Numbered from the whole stretch's first letter, positions 24,244 through 34,409 are shown. The stretch is 63,160 bases of DNA, filler included, from Octopus bimaculoides (GCF_001194135.2; 4 parts of 4 records of this genome joined end to end with filler, not necessarily neighbours in it), one strand, 5' to 3'. The notes: a model not told the origin generated them from the sequence alone. Numbers and translations are program-made.

Positions 24244-27200
24244 CATATATATTTTGTTTTTGCATTTGGCTTGCAAGATTCTTTGTGAATTCATGTGTTG
24301 AAGCATATTCTATTGTATCTGGGGAGAGTCATTCTCTTTTAGTACTTTATTGCCTAACACATTCACCAGTTCAATTTCCATTCATTTATTTATTTACTTT
24401 TTCTAAATTTTCATTGCATTTTGCAACCTCTTCAATAGTTGTTGACTCAGCAACCACTGAAGAGGTTGCAAGGCACAACAAAGACTTTAGAAAAATAGAA
24501 AAGTAAATGAGTGGAAATTGAACCAGTGAGGCACTAAAAGAGAATGACTCTCCCCAGATACACTAATATATATATATGTATATGTATGTATGTGTGCATG
24601 TGTTTGTGTCTGTATTTGTTCCCCACTACTGCTTGACAGCTGGTGTTGGTGTGTTTACATCCTTTTAACTTAGCAGTTTGGCAAGAGAGACCAATAGAAT
24701 AAGTACCAAGCTTAAAAAAAAACAAGTCTTGAGATCAATTTGTTTAATTAAAACCCTTCAAGGCAGTGCTCCAGCATGGCTGTAGTCTGATGACTGAAAC
24801 AAGTAAAATATAAAAGATATTGAGTTGAATAAAATAAACTTTTCATTGTCTTCTATATATTCAAGACAGTGTTCAGCTTCAACCTGCAGAGCTAATAGGT
24901 TTTCAGAACTCAGCTTTAGCCAAGTATTTATATAAAATAGAAATGAGATTGTTTGTTTAGGCCCAGACTTGCCCTTATTCAGCACATGTACAATGAAAGG
25001 TATGACAATATCATCATTGCTTTTAGACTTTATTCAATATCACCTTCTTTTTAAGCTGATATGGTATGTTTCAGAGATTTGACTGCAATTTCTAGCGGGG
25101 CTGACAATCACATTGAGGTTTCCTTATTGGAGTAAAGTAATTATGTTTAAGGAAATTTTTCTCTGTATATGTGGTTGTATTTAAATATATTTGCACTATT
25201 ATTATTATAACCATCAGTATCTGAAAGGAATTGTTTTCTGTACCTAAGTCTGTGAATGTCTTTCTATTGCATGTAATTTTTCATATTATTCATATCATCT
25301 TACAAATAACTTGTAGCCTGCTAAGCAGTTAACATGTTGACTAGAGCTGCTAATGTGTTCAATGTTCAAATAACATGCAAGGGAAGGAAAGATTTCAAAA
25401 ACAAAAGATATGTTATTTTGTTTAGTAACCGTTAATGAAATATTCAAATAGCTTAAGCTTCAGTAGCTTTTATGGTATCAGACTAAAAACTAAAATGATC
25501 AGATAAATAAACATGAACATTGAACTAAAACTAGCACCTGATTTTGGCAGTTGATTCTGTTGGATGACGGAAAAAGTATCGTGGTGTAGAACGAAATGAA
25601 ATATACATAAAATTGAATTTTGTATGTTGGTATAAATCATTTATTTTGTCTAGATTGGAAATATAGCATTACATTTTGGCGATAATATTGATCCAATAAC
25701 AAGACTTCGAGAAAAAACCCACTTTGGGAGACCAAGATGGTCAAACATCTTCAAAGAGATAAAAGAATCTCATTTAGGGTAAGTCACAAAAAATAACTTC
25801 TAATTATACTATTTAGTTAGTTCAGTAGTTGCATATCAGAATCAAAATTGTTTATATTACCTGACCTTTGTATGACACTTTCCCTCAAATAAAAAAAAAG
25901 TGATTTACTGCAAATGAAGCATTTGCTATTACTATTGTTCCCTAACCAAGAAAAGTTTTCTGTAATTTTCTTAACAAAACCAAAAATATATTCAACCCAT
26001 ATATCACATTAATAGTGACATCTAGTTGTAAAAACAATTGTTTCACCAAAATAAACCATCCCAGAATCACAAGCATAAAAATAATGGATGTGAAAATATC
26101 CATATAAATAACTGGTTTTAACATGAAAGGAGTTATCTGATGAATAATAATATTTGATTTGTTTATGTTGTTGTTGTTAATGATGTTAGTGTGTAAGTAA
26201 AACATCTAAGTTAGAACTGTCTATACAAGGGGTGTTCATTAAAAATTTTCCCTGACCTACTTCTGGTTATTGCAGGTAACAGAACTTGTACAGGTATTAT
26301 CATACATGTTTCTACATGTCACATTGTAAATTGCAGCTTTCTACTAGTATTTGCTTGTCTTTTACAGCTGAAGTGGAGTAAGGTGTTATAATGGAGGCAC
26401 TTAAATGCAGATCAGTGATCAAGTTCTTAAACTTGAAAGGTTGTACACCAAAAGAGACTTTCAATGAAATGAAAAAAAGTTTATGATGATGATGCACCAT
26501 CATACAACATAGTCAAACATCATCAGTTCAAGTGTGGTTGGATATCAGTGGAAACTGCTCCTATTCCTAGATGACCACATTCCACCATTGATGAAGACAC
26601 TGTCCATAAAATGGAAGCTGCCAGTTTGGAGGATTGCCGCATAACTATTTGGCAACTAGCCCAAGAAGTGAAGATAAGTGTAGGGTCCATGGAAAAAATC
26701 ATTCACAACCATTTGCACCTGCAGACATTGTCGGCATGATGGATTCCCTGGATGCTCACACTTTTTCAGAAGCAGGAACAAGTCAATTGCTCCCAGGCTC
26801 TTTTGGCAATGTGCTAAGAAAATGAGGAGGACTTTTTCAGCAGACTTATGACACAGGATGAAACACGGGTGCATCACTATGGTACTGAAACTAGTCCAGT
26901 CGAAGCAATGGAAGCATGATAACTCACCAAAGAAGGCTCATGTCCAACCCTCAGCAGGCAAGGTGATGCTCACAGTCTTTTGGGACCAGTGTGGAATAGT
27001 GATGATGGATTTTCTGGCAAAGGGCACCACAATTAACAGGACATATTATGCTTCTCTGCTGCAGAAATTGTGGGATGCCATCAAAACAGAGAAGCGTGAC
27101 ATGCTGACCAAAGAAGTTTGCTTCCTCCAGGACAATGCCCCAGTTCACAATGTGCATGTTGCCCAGATGAAAGCACACTCCTGCAGCTATGAAATCCTTC

Positions 27201-27881
27201 CTTATCCCCCTTACTCTCCTGATCTTGTACTAACTGACTTCCACCTCTTTCCAACCATGAAGTCTTTTTTGAAGGGGAAACACTTTTTGGATGATGATGA
27301 ACTTATTTCCGAGGTAAAGTCTGGCTCCAGATGCACCCTACCAATTTCTACAGACGAGGTCTTCACAGCTGCATAAAGTGATGGCAGAAGTGTGTCACCA
27401 TTGGTGGTGGCTATGCAGAGAAGGACTAATAATTATGCCAAGTTTCATCTATCTCAGTCCTTGGGAAGTGGGTCAAGGGAAATCTTTAATGAACACCTCT
27501 TATAGTACAGGTAACTCTATTATTTCAATGTTGTTTGAGTTTACACTGAAGCAACATGTACTGAAATATCTCAAACAATACAGTTGTTCATTATATAATG
27601 TACATACTAGGAATGAAATGTACCTCTTTACTATGTCTATTTTACATCACGCACATAATGAATGTGTGTGTGTGTATGTGTGTATAATGTCTTTGTGTAC
27701 ATACACATGTGATGAAGCTAAAAATATTTTTTTCTCTTTTCTTAGGAAAAGTATTGGTGTATTTTATTGTGGGCCATCACAACTGTCGAATACCCTATGT
27801 GAAATGTGCAACACCCACTCTGATTCCATAACTGACAAAGGCATGAGGACTCAGTTCTTTTTCAACAAAGAAAGTTTCTAA
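315..27881 (+). CDS. Nox: NADPH oxidase, NOX1-3/NOX2 (gp91phox)-type, 3' part (11 exons; 5' exons upstream of the window)
   Basis: Exons 315-415, 3891-3971, 6323-6449, 7445-7537, 8318-8455, 10101-10219, 13419-13455, 16884-16966, 22329-22521, 25654-25778 and 27746-27881 splice with matching phases into 1233 nt (410 aa + TAA). Motifs: heme His in FWITHH..VHG, FAD-binding WHPFTLTS and [20 protein letters not shown]-binding [19 protein letters not shown] and terminal FNKESF. Several intron positions match human CYBB. Confidence 0.96.
780..1305 (+). mobile_element. Degenerate R4/Dong-like LINE C-terminus (zinc knuckle region and restriction-like endonuclease)
   Basis: Frameshifted remnants [53 protein letters not shown] resemble the RHD / RPDIV / KxxKY motifs. 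Confidence 0.6.
2189..3861. mobile_element. Cluster of six related tRNA-derived SINEs (about 2191-2409 +, 2578-2804 -, 2815-3010 +, 3125-3345 +, 3379-3598 +, 3602-3815 +) separated by ATT/AAT repeats
   Basis: Shared GGTGAGCTGGCAGAATC head, GAGTTCAAAT B-box and GTTGACTTTGCCTTTCATCC core; probably one of the known octopus SINE families (not verified). Confidence 0.85.
3028..3125. repeat. 15-bp minisatellite (TATTATCATTATTAC) about x6
   Basis: Direct reading; source of the YYYH ORF. Confidence 0.9.
3891..3971 (+). CDS. Nox: Nox exon (TM5, heme-ligating His): [26 protein letters not shown]
   Basis: tacag acceptor, gtgagt donor; near-identical to NOX2 [25 protein letters not shown]. Confidence 0.95.
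6199..6267. repeat. Compound (GCT)n(ACT)n microsatellite
   Basis: Direct reading. Confidence 0.9.
6323..6449 (+). CDS. Nox: Nox exon (extracellular loop E): [42 protein letters not shown]
   Basis: ttgcag acceptor, gtaaga donor; phases fit both neighbours; C..WG...C..P.F pattern as in NOX2 exon 7. Confidence 0.9.
6845..7063 (-). mobile_element. tRNA-derived SINE, same family as the 2.2-3.8 kb cluster, antisense
   Basis: Reverse complement of the head, B-box and core. Confidence 0.85.
7445..7537 (+). CDS. Nox: Nox exon (TM6): [31 protein letters not shown]
   Basis: ttcag acceptor, gtgagt donor; 93 nt, the same length as CYBB exon 8 (TWKWIVGP...KVVITK). Confidence 0.95.
8318..8455 (+). CDS. 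Nox: Nox exon (FAD-binding): [46 protein letters not shown]
   Basis: cacag acceptor, gtgaga donor; GQYIF and EWHPFT motifs; it is the real part of ORF 8303..8695. Confidence 0.97.
9592..9855 (+). mobile_element. CR1/L2-like LINE ORF2 C-terminal fragment
   Basis: [35 protein letters not shown] ... [18 protein letters not shown], typical LYSLERRR / GP.LFN.LP motifs. Confidence 0.75.
10101..10219 (+). CDS. Nox: Nox exon: [39 protein letters not shown]
   Basis: tctag acceptor, gtaagg donor; HIRxVGDWT motif. Confidence 0.96.
13419..13455 (+). CDS. Nox: Nox 37-nt small exon: (D)[12 protein letters not shown]
   Basis: ttgcag acceptor, gtaatg donor; VDGPYG motif; phase 2 in, phase 0 out as required by its neighbours. 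Confidence 0.93.
15215..15437 (-). mobile_element. tRNA-derived SINE, antisense
   Basis: Same family core GGATGAAAGGCAAAGTTGACCTTGG. Confidence 0.85.
16884..16966 (+). CDS. Nox: Nox exon (NADPH-binding): [27 protein letters not shown]
   Basis: tttag acceptor, gtaagt donor; GxGIGVTPF motif. Confidence 0.96.
20508..21367 (-). mobile_element. Tc1/mariner DD37D (maT-like) element, internally deleted
   Basis: TIRs CAGGGTG..A.G..TAAATTGTC at both ends with flanking TA; ORF 20629..21117 with [18 protein letters not shown] and frameshifted [11 protein letters not shown]. Confidence 0.88.
21372..22287 (+). mobile_element. Tigger/pogo-like non-autonomous element
   Basis: TIRs CAGACTGTCCTCATTTAATGAC / GTCATTAAATGAGAACAGTCTG; internal MPPKRKN... 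fused to [22 protein letters not shown], resembling pogo transposase N- and C-termini. Confidence 0.75.
22329..22521 (+). CDS. Nox: Nox exon: (C)[64 protein letters not shown]
   Basis: aacag acceptor, gtaata donor; matches NOX2 [24 protein letters not shown]. Confidence 0.95.
22669..22998 (+). mobile_element. tRNA-derived SINE of a second family (head - central microsatellite - body)
   Basis: TGGCTGTATGGTAAGTAGC A-box, GGTTCAGTCCC B-box, tail GACTGAAACAAGTAAAAGA; related copies at about 17620, 24072-24830, 33217-33612 (+) and 40715-41095, 49660-49810, 53690-54035 (-). Confidence 0.85.
23076..23992 (+). mobile_element. Degenerate mariner, internally deleted
   Basis: TIRs TGAGGTGGTATTAAAAAGTTCCC at both ends with TA duplication; [16 protein letters not shown] helix-turn-helix region and [15 protein letters not shown] remnant. 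Confidence 0.88.
24314..24562. repeat. Fold-back (long inverted repeat) element nested in the central microsatellite of a SINE
   Basis: Outer 30 bp (TGTATCTGGGGAGAGTCATTCTCTTTTAGT) are perfectly inverted; arms of about 110-125 bp around a 9-nt loop TTGACTCAG. Confidence 0.85.
25654..25778 (+). CDS. Nox: Nox exon: [41 protein letters not shown]
   Basis: tctag acceptor, gtaagt donor; 125 nt, as CYBB exon 12; D.IT.L..KT..GRP.W motif. Confidence 0.95.
26226..27502 (+). mobile_element. Near full-length (about 1.28 kb) DD34D mariner, frameshifted, in the last Nox intron
   Basis: TIRs CAAGGGGTGTTCATTAAA / TTTAATGAACACCTCTTA with TA; [11 protein letters not shown], and QDNAPVH to [10 protein letters not shown] with 34-residue spacing. 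Confidence 0.92.
27746..27881 (+). CDS. Nox: Nox terminal exon: [44 protein letters not shown]
   Basis: Pyrimidine tract plus cttag acceptor; IGVF.CGP and FNKExF* C-terminus. Confidence 0.96.
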
Positions 27882-27886
27882 TTTGT

Positions 27887-27923
<37 letters not shown>

Positions 27924-28210
27924 ACACATGCATATATATATATATCTCATTCACCTTTAGTAGTAGGGGAAGGTCAACATTTATTTTTCACCACCGCTTC
28001 TATCCCCTCTAGCTAATCCAGTTCTGAACCAAACTGAACGCAGTTAAAAGCAGTTAAAGGACCTGTGCAGTCAGTGAATTTTTGAAATATTATAATAGAA
28101 AATTGGTCACATTAAAAAAAATTTGTGTTCAAGAACTGGGTGTGTAACATATAGATATAACTTCTAAGCAGTAAAGTTTCTTTATTTCTGATTTATTTTA
28201 ATTGCATTTG

Positions 28211-28216
28211 AATAAA
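28211..28216 (+). promoter_or_regulatory. Candidate polyadenylation signal (AATAAA) for Nox
   Basis: First AATAAA I found downstream of the stop (about 330 nt); the sequence is AT-rich, so a chance match is plausible. Confidence 0.3.
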
Positions 28217-28355
28217 AGAATTCACTGAGAGAAACCAAGATCTATTAACCTCATCATGGTGAAGAAGAAAAAAAACCTTACAAGACAAAATGTAGTCAAA
28301 TCAGAAAAGTAATAACATCTGGTATTGTCTTTAAATTGTATCTGTTATTTTAAGA

Positions 28356-28638
28356 CAGTGGTTCCCAAAGTGGGTAGTACTGCCCCTCTGGGGATGGGGT
28401 GTGTGGAAAGATCCAAGGGGGCTTTGAAGAATAATGGGGTGACAAAGATGGAGCAGTAGGTGTCAAAAAAGACAAGGGTTAACTAGGTTAAGTTTTATTT
28501 GTGAAATACTGTTGTTTTGAATTAGTTACAGAAAATGGTCTATGTCTGTGATAGTGAGTGGTGGTGGTAGTGGTGGCCACTGGGAATTTGGCCTTAGAAC
28601 CAAGGGGGCAGCAACCTGAAAAAGTTTGGGAACCACTG
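28356..28638. mobile_element. hAT (Charlie-like) MITE
   Basis: 14-bp TIRs CAGTGGTTCCCAAA; 8-bp flanks TTTTAAGA / TTTTAAGG (7 of 8 match). Confidence 0.85.
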
Positions 28639-30136
28639 TTTTAAGGGATAATTTTACTTAAAGATAATATTCCTCAAAGCTTTCCTCAAAGATCTAAAGG
28701 AGAAGAATCTTACTGGGGATATAAGTTTATTGGGCAAAAAGTGATGGAAACTGGCCTAAATTCATATTTAAACCATCATATCTCTATTAAAACCATCTAT
28801 TTAAACCATCATATCTCTATTACTTTAGAAAAACCATTAGTATAATTAAGCTTTTCTGAACAACCAATAGGACAAGAAACCAATACTGAAAAACTGTACT
28901 AAATTTGATATTGTAGGAAAAAAAGCTATGGGGCAAAAAATGGTTAAAATTGAGGGTGATTACTGGGGCACTAAACTGTAGTTACATCTATGTATATACA
29001 TATCTGTGAGTGTGTGTACACACATGTATGTAACCTCTCTCACTACATATATATAAACAGTGGTACCCAAGCAAAGTAGTGATTGTTTGTCTCAGCAATT
29101 AGTGAGTATAAACAGTTGAAAAGTGGAAGAAATCGGGGGACATATTGTATCAAATATGCCCTCTAACCACTTTTATTTCATTTTTGTTCCCAATGTTCCT
29201 TTGGTATCCTGTGTTTTCAACATAATTACAATTTTCAGCCATTCAAAACTTCAAACACAACCCCTTCCCCCAAAATTTCTGTTTTCACTTTTTCCAATTT
29301 TTTTTTTAATTCCATGTATGAAAACTTGGAGATCATGAATCTGAAAAATAAATTTATTTTCAAAATTTCAATTATTTTTACCCCACATCCTAGCTTTCAG
29401 CATACCCACTTCACTCCCATTCTAACATTCTACATGTTTTTAAATTCAATTGCTCATTTCTATGTGTATGGATGCTTGATATGCTTGAAATAACAGCCAA
29501 CTTTCTGAAAGATAATTTTTTTGAAAATTTCATTTTTTTAAATTCAATCCCTCACTCAGCTATCAGAATAACAATTATTACTCTGCATGTGTTGATGCCT
29601 TTTGAACCAGTAGATGAAATGAAACCCCTCCCTGACTTTTAGAATAATGATACCCACCCCACAGAAATATGGAATGCATCAGCACAGTTGTTCCTACTTT
29701 CCACTCTAACCAACACTAAAATATTAAGTAAATTCCACCCCAACATTTGTGGTGTTCTTAGGGTGTTTCTCAAGAATGTGAATGTGGTCATACTCTTTTT
29801 ATACAAAACTAGTCGACTCATTTGCTCTACTGCTTTCAGACTGGCATCATTTAATTCATTTACTGCAACTTTATTGGCATTTTCATCCTTTGTCTTGGTT
29901 TATCCAAGGTGTTTATATAAATTACTTTTTGTCAATAAATAATCGTTACCTTTTTACTANNNNNNNNNNNNNNNNNNNNNNNNNNNNNNNNNNNNNNNNN
30001 NNNTTAATTAATTAANNNNNNNNNNNNNNNNNNNNNNNNNNNNNNNNNNNNNNNNNNNNATAAACATATACATACATATATACATACATATATATACATA
30101 TATATATATGCATATATACACACATACATACATACA

Positions 30137-30168
<32 letters not shown>

Positions 30169-30249
30169 ATATATATACATACATATTATCGGCCTTTGCT
30201 GTTTCATTAAATTGTTACCCAAAATCCCAAAAAATATTTTTCTCCCTCT

Positions 30250-30449
30250 TTCGTGCGGGTGACACGTAAAAGCACCCACTACACTCTCTGAGTGGTTGGC
30301 GTTAGGAAGGGCATCCAGCTGTAGAAACTCTGCCAAATCAGACTGAAGCCTGGTGTTGCCATCCGGTTTCACCAGTCCTCAGTCAAATCGTCCAACCCAT
30401 GCTAGCATGGAAAGCGGACGTTAAACGATGATGATGATGATGATGATGT
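30250..30449 (+). mobile_element. 3' end of an RTE-type LINE or its SINE, with (GAT)n tail
   Basis: GGTTGGCGTTAGGAAGGGCATCCAGC core and CCAACCCATGCTAGCATGGAAAGCGGACGTTAAACGATGATG end; related tails at about 7938, 9313, 10620, 39270, 40180-40675, 42430-43055 and 45397. Confidence 0.8.
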
Positions 30450-30481
30450 GTTCTAGGCCTGACCACCCTAACTCTGGCCCC

Positions 30482-30592
30482 CTCTCTCTCTCTGCCTCAC
30501 TGTCTCTCTCTGCCTCACTGTCTCTCTCTGCCTCACTGTCTCTCTCTGCCTCACTGTCTCTCTCTGCCTCACTGTCTCTCTCTCTCTCTCTT
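30482..30592. repeat. 18-bp minisatellite (CTCTCTCTGCCTCACTGT) x5 within a (CT)n tract
   Basis: Direct reading. Confidence 0.9.
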
Positions 30593-30940
30593 TCAATTTA
30601 TCACTTGATTGACCCCCCCCCCCATCTTCCATCACCACCACCACCCTATATAAAATAGCGCACATAAAGGATGGTGCAGATGAGAAAGCATACGTTTCCC
30701 ATAGAAAATCTCAACAAGTTACATGAAAACACTGAACTTGCAAAATAGAATTTAGTAAACTTGGTGATATTTGGAAAGACATATATGACCAACAATACTA
30801 CAGACCAACAAATCCATTAACTTAGAGCAATGTTGTTCTTGACAAAATATAATGTACACGAGGGAAATGTTTGCATATCTAGTGATAGCTTAAAAAGATC
30901 CAGTGTCATACAGCAGAATATATTTCTATGTAATGATATA

Positions 30941-31867
30941 CAGGGTGCATAAGGTATTTGAGGACATACCTTTTTCGAGTCATTGCTGCATTTTTTGCTA
31001 ACTCTGTAGAATCTTCAAGAAATAATAATGGCAGACCTCCAGCTTACTCAAAAAATGAAGTCTTATATGATGAGGAAAGGTCAATTTGTCAGAAAAAGGA
31101 AAACAAAATCACTACATCAAGTCTAAAAGGTTCTTAAACTGAAAAACGCAGATCTGATTTGGTTTTTCTCAAATGAGAAAAACTTCGACCAAGATCAAAA
31201 AGTTAACAGAAGAAATGACAGATGGTTATGTGCAGACCCTTCTGAGATTTCAAGTGTTATGCATACAAAATTTCCTGTCATGGTTTTAGGGGTTGTCAGC
31301 AATGAAGGACATGTGATGCCTCCTTACTTATTTCCACAAGAGGCCTTAGAGTTAACTCTGCTGCCTACATTGAGGTCCTAGAAATAATTGCTAAACCCTG
31401 GATACATAGTGTATGCAATGGAAGGCCATATGTGTTTCAGTGAGACTCTGCACTATCACACATGGCTCTGGTAACACAAGAATGGTTGGCTGAAAATTTT
31501 CATGATCACATAAACCATTACATTTGGTTTCCTAATTCACCAGATCTCAGTTCATTGGACTGTTATATGTGGAGCACTGTTGATAGAGAGGTCAATGAAC
31601 ATGGCCATAGCACCAAAGATTCTTTGAAAGCTACCATAGTCAGAGTAATGTCCCAAATGAACCAGAACTACTTGATTCAAGCATGTAGATGATTTAGATC
31701 TCATATAGAAACAGTTGTTAAAGCTGAAGGTGGCTTTATTGAGTAACATTATAGAAAAGAAGGTTTATTTTTATTCTCATAGCATTTTTTAATAAAGTTA
31801 TTATCTGTTATTATATATTTGTTTTTTTATAAACACAAATCTGTCCTCAAATATCTCATGCTCCCTG
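30941..31867 (+). mobile_element. Second DD37D (maT-like) element, degenerate
   Basis: TIRs CAGGG.GCAT.AG.TATTTGAGGACA; Q*DSALSH...FPNSPDLSSLD with exactly 37 residues between the aspartates. Confidence 0.88.
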
Positions 31868-33803
31868 CACATGTATGCAGCTTTGTTTGTAAGATCTGCA
31901 AGGTCCAAATAAGCCTGAAGAGACACTGCTGAAAGTACAATTATTTCAACAATAGCCAGTGATAATTTACCTCAGACTCAAATGGGTGCCCTTTTTATAT
32001 ATACATGCACACACACAAAGGGTTGCTGAAAAGTTCCTGGCGTCAAGGATATCATGAAAGGTCTGGTTGGAAGATTAACATTCTGAGTTCTTTTACAGGG
32101 CTCAGAAAGATTGAGGAACCACTGCAATAATGTGTGAATCTGAGAGGGGAATATGTTGAATAAAACCATAATTAACAGATTCACCTGTATTTTCTTTTAC
32201 CCAAAGCCAGGAAACGTCTTCTTTTTTTTTTTTTTTTTTTTGATAAAATCCTTAAACTCAAATAAAATGGCTATGTAGATCAGTGATTGCTAATGCATTT
32301 GATAAATGATATGATTTTTACTTTGTTTCCAATTACTACTATTTATCATTTTCTTTCACATTTTGTGAGATCGAGGTGAGCAATCCTCCTGAACTTTTGT
32401 AAGGCAACAACTGCAGGAAGGACATGAGCAGGAGGGGAATTCTAGAGAACCAATATTCAGGAACGACTGGGAGAAGTAACTTCTGAGAAGTCTGGGGCAT
32501 TGGACACTCAAGGGTAATGTGAAAAGGAGAGACAAATGGAATGTAAATGCCTGAGTAGAAGTGACCTGAACTCTAGCTGGCTCTGAGGAGCAAAGGCCAT
32601 TATAATATCAACAAGAGGAGGATAGTGAGAGAGAGAGAGAGAGTGGAAAAAGGGAGACAGTATGACTGTGAGCCAGAGGCTGGAGCATGTCTATAGTAAT
32701 CATATTTATATTAAAATCTCAATCAACACATAACTTGAATGATATTGTGAAGATATCAGTTGTCAAAACCAGCTATAATATATATGAATAGTTAGAGTTG
32801 CAGATATTCTTAATAAACAGCATGAATCATAACAAGAACTTCCTTGTCATCATCTATTGCCAACATAAATACAGTGAACCAGAAATTGGCCTGTGAAAAG
32901 CCTATTCCAATAACACTGCTGTTCACAGAATGCACGATAAAAAAAATTTTTTAAATGAATAAATAAAACATGGTAATGGTGGTGATAGTGTTTCAACTGC
33001 ATGATGTTCATTAAAACTGAAGTAATCACAAACTCACAATCCCAGTAGATGTGGGCTTAGAATAGATTTTAACTAATTGAATGATGATAATATAAAGGAG
33101 TTAATTAGAATGAGGCATGGGGGTGGGGGTCTTACTTAATGAACTATAAAAAAACATTTCATTAAAGGTTTTGGTTAATAGGACAGTCTTTCTTTCAAGA
33201 AATTTAAATGCAGGCGCAACATGGCAGTGTGATAAGAAGCTTGCTTCCTAACCACATGGTTCTGGATTCTGGATTCTGGATTCAGTCCCACTTGGGCCAG
33301 TGTCTTCTATCATAGCCTTGGGCCAACCAAAGCCTTGTGAGTGGATTTGGTAGATGGAAACTGAAAGAAGCCAGTCGTGTGTGTGTGTGTGCACGCATGT
33401 GTGTGTGTCTGTCTGCCTGTCTGTGTTTCTCCCTCCACTATCGCTTGACAACCAATGCTGGTGTATTTTTGTGCCCATAAGCTAGCACCTCAGCAAAAGA
33501 GACTGATAGAATAAGTACTAGGCTTACAAAGAATAAGTCCTGGAGTCAATTTGTTCAAGTAAAGGCAGTGCTCCAGCATGGTTGCAGTCAAATAACAGAA
33601 ACAAGTAAAAGAGTAGAAGAATAAAAGGATGATAAAACCACTATGTGGTTGTTCAACTTGCTAAAAGTAGCAGCCAAATTTCTCTTAAATCAGTCAGTAT
33701 GGTTTTGGTTAGAACATCTTTAATCAGAAGAAACAACAACTTCAACAGCTTGCTGCATTTGTTCATTTTTATGTCTGTTTTTCTATGCTGGCATGAGTTA
33801 GAT

Positions 33804-34063
33804 CAGTGGTTCTCAACTGGGGTTCATATGACCCTTGGAGGTCCATATAAGACTTTGCTGTTAAAATTTATGGGCAATAAATTGCTTATGGTTCTACAAT
33901 ACACAAAATATTTCAACTTTTTTTATATACAATTCCTAATAATATTCAATTATTAAAAAACAGTAGGATTCTTCTTCTATATTCATTGAATGGCAATGGA
34001 GATCCAGTAGAATAAAACAGGAATAAAAGGGGTTCATAGGTGAAAAATGATTGAAAACCATTG
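33804..34063. mobile_element. hAT MITE
   Basis: TIRs CAGTGGTTCTCAA / TTGAAAACCATTG; 8-bp flanks AGTTAGAT / GGTTAGAT. Confidence 0.8.
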
Positions 34064-34080
34064 GGTTAGATGAATGTGGT

Positions 34081-34409
34081 GGAGACGCAATGGCCTAGTG
34101 GTTAGGGCAGCGGACTCGCGGTCATAGGATTGCGGTTTCGGTTCCCAGACCGGGCGTTGTGGCGAACCCTGCTGTATTCTTTCACCACAACTTTCTCTCA
34201 CTCTTACTTCCTGTTTCTGTTGTGCCTGTAATTCAAAAGGGTCAGCCTTGTCACACTGTGTCACGCTGAATATCCCGAGAACTACGTTAAGGGTACACGT
34301 GTCTGTGGAGTGCTCAGCCACTTGCACGTTAATTTCACGAGCAGGCTGTTCCGTTGATCGGATCAACTGGAACCCTCATCGTCATAAGCGACGGAGTGCC
34401 AACAACAGT
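34081..34409 (+). mobile_element. Young tRNA-derived SINE of a third family, with target-site duplication
   Basis: A-box TGGCCTAGTGG, B-box-like GGTTTCGGTTCC, CpG-rich; 10-bp TSD TGAATGTGGT at 34071-34080 and 34410-34419. Confidence 0.9.

Noticed and set aside
27378-27745. 5' part of ORF 27378..27881, and likewise the 3' part of ORF 8303..8695
   Set aside because: Intronic read-through; only 27746-27881 and 8318-8455 have Nox homology and splice sites.
29640-29945. Possible minus-strand LINE remnant (YKHLG-like), and a possible PLE C-terminal remnant at about 14050-14200
   Set aside because: Similarity is too weak to call without a translated search.
30004-30015. TTAATTAATTAA inside N-runs (also about 47189-47200 and 56546-56557)
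   Set aside because: An identical palindrome with stops in all frames, centred in 100-bp gaps; this is an assembly linker, not biology.
34081-34160. Possible tRNA gene (also 44440-44520 on the minus strand)
   Set aside because: The A and B boxes lead into a SINE body or tail, one with a TSD; no complete acceptor stem.
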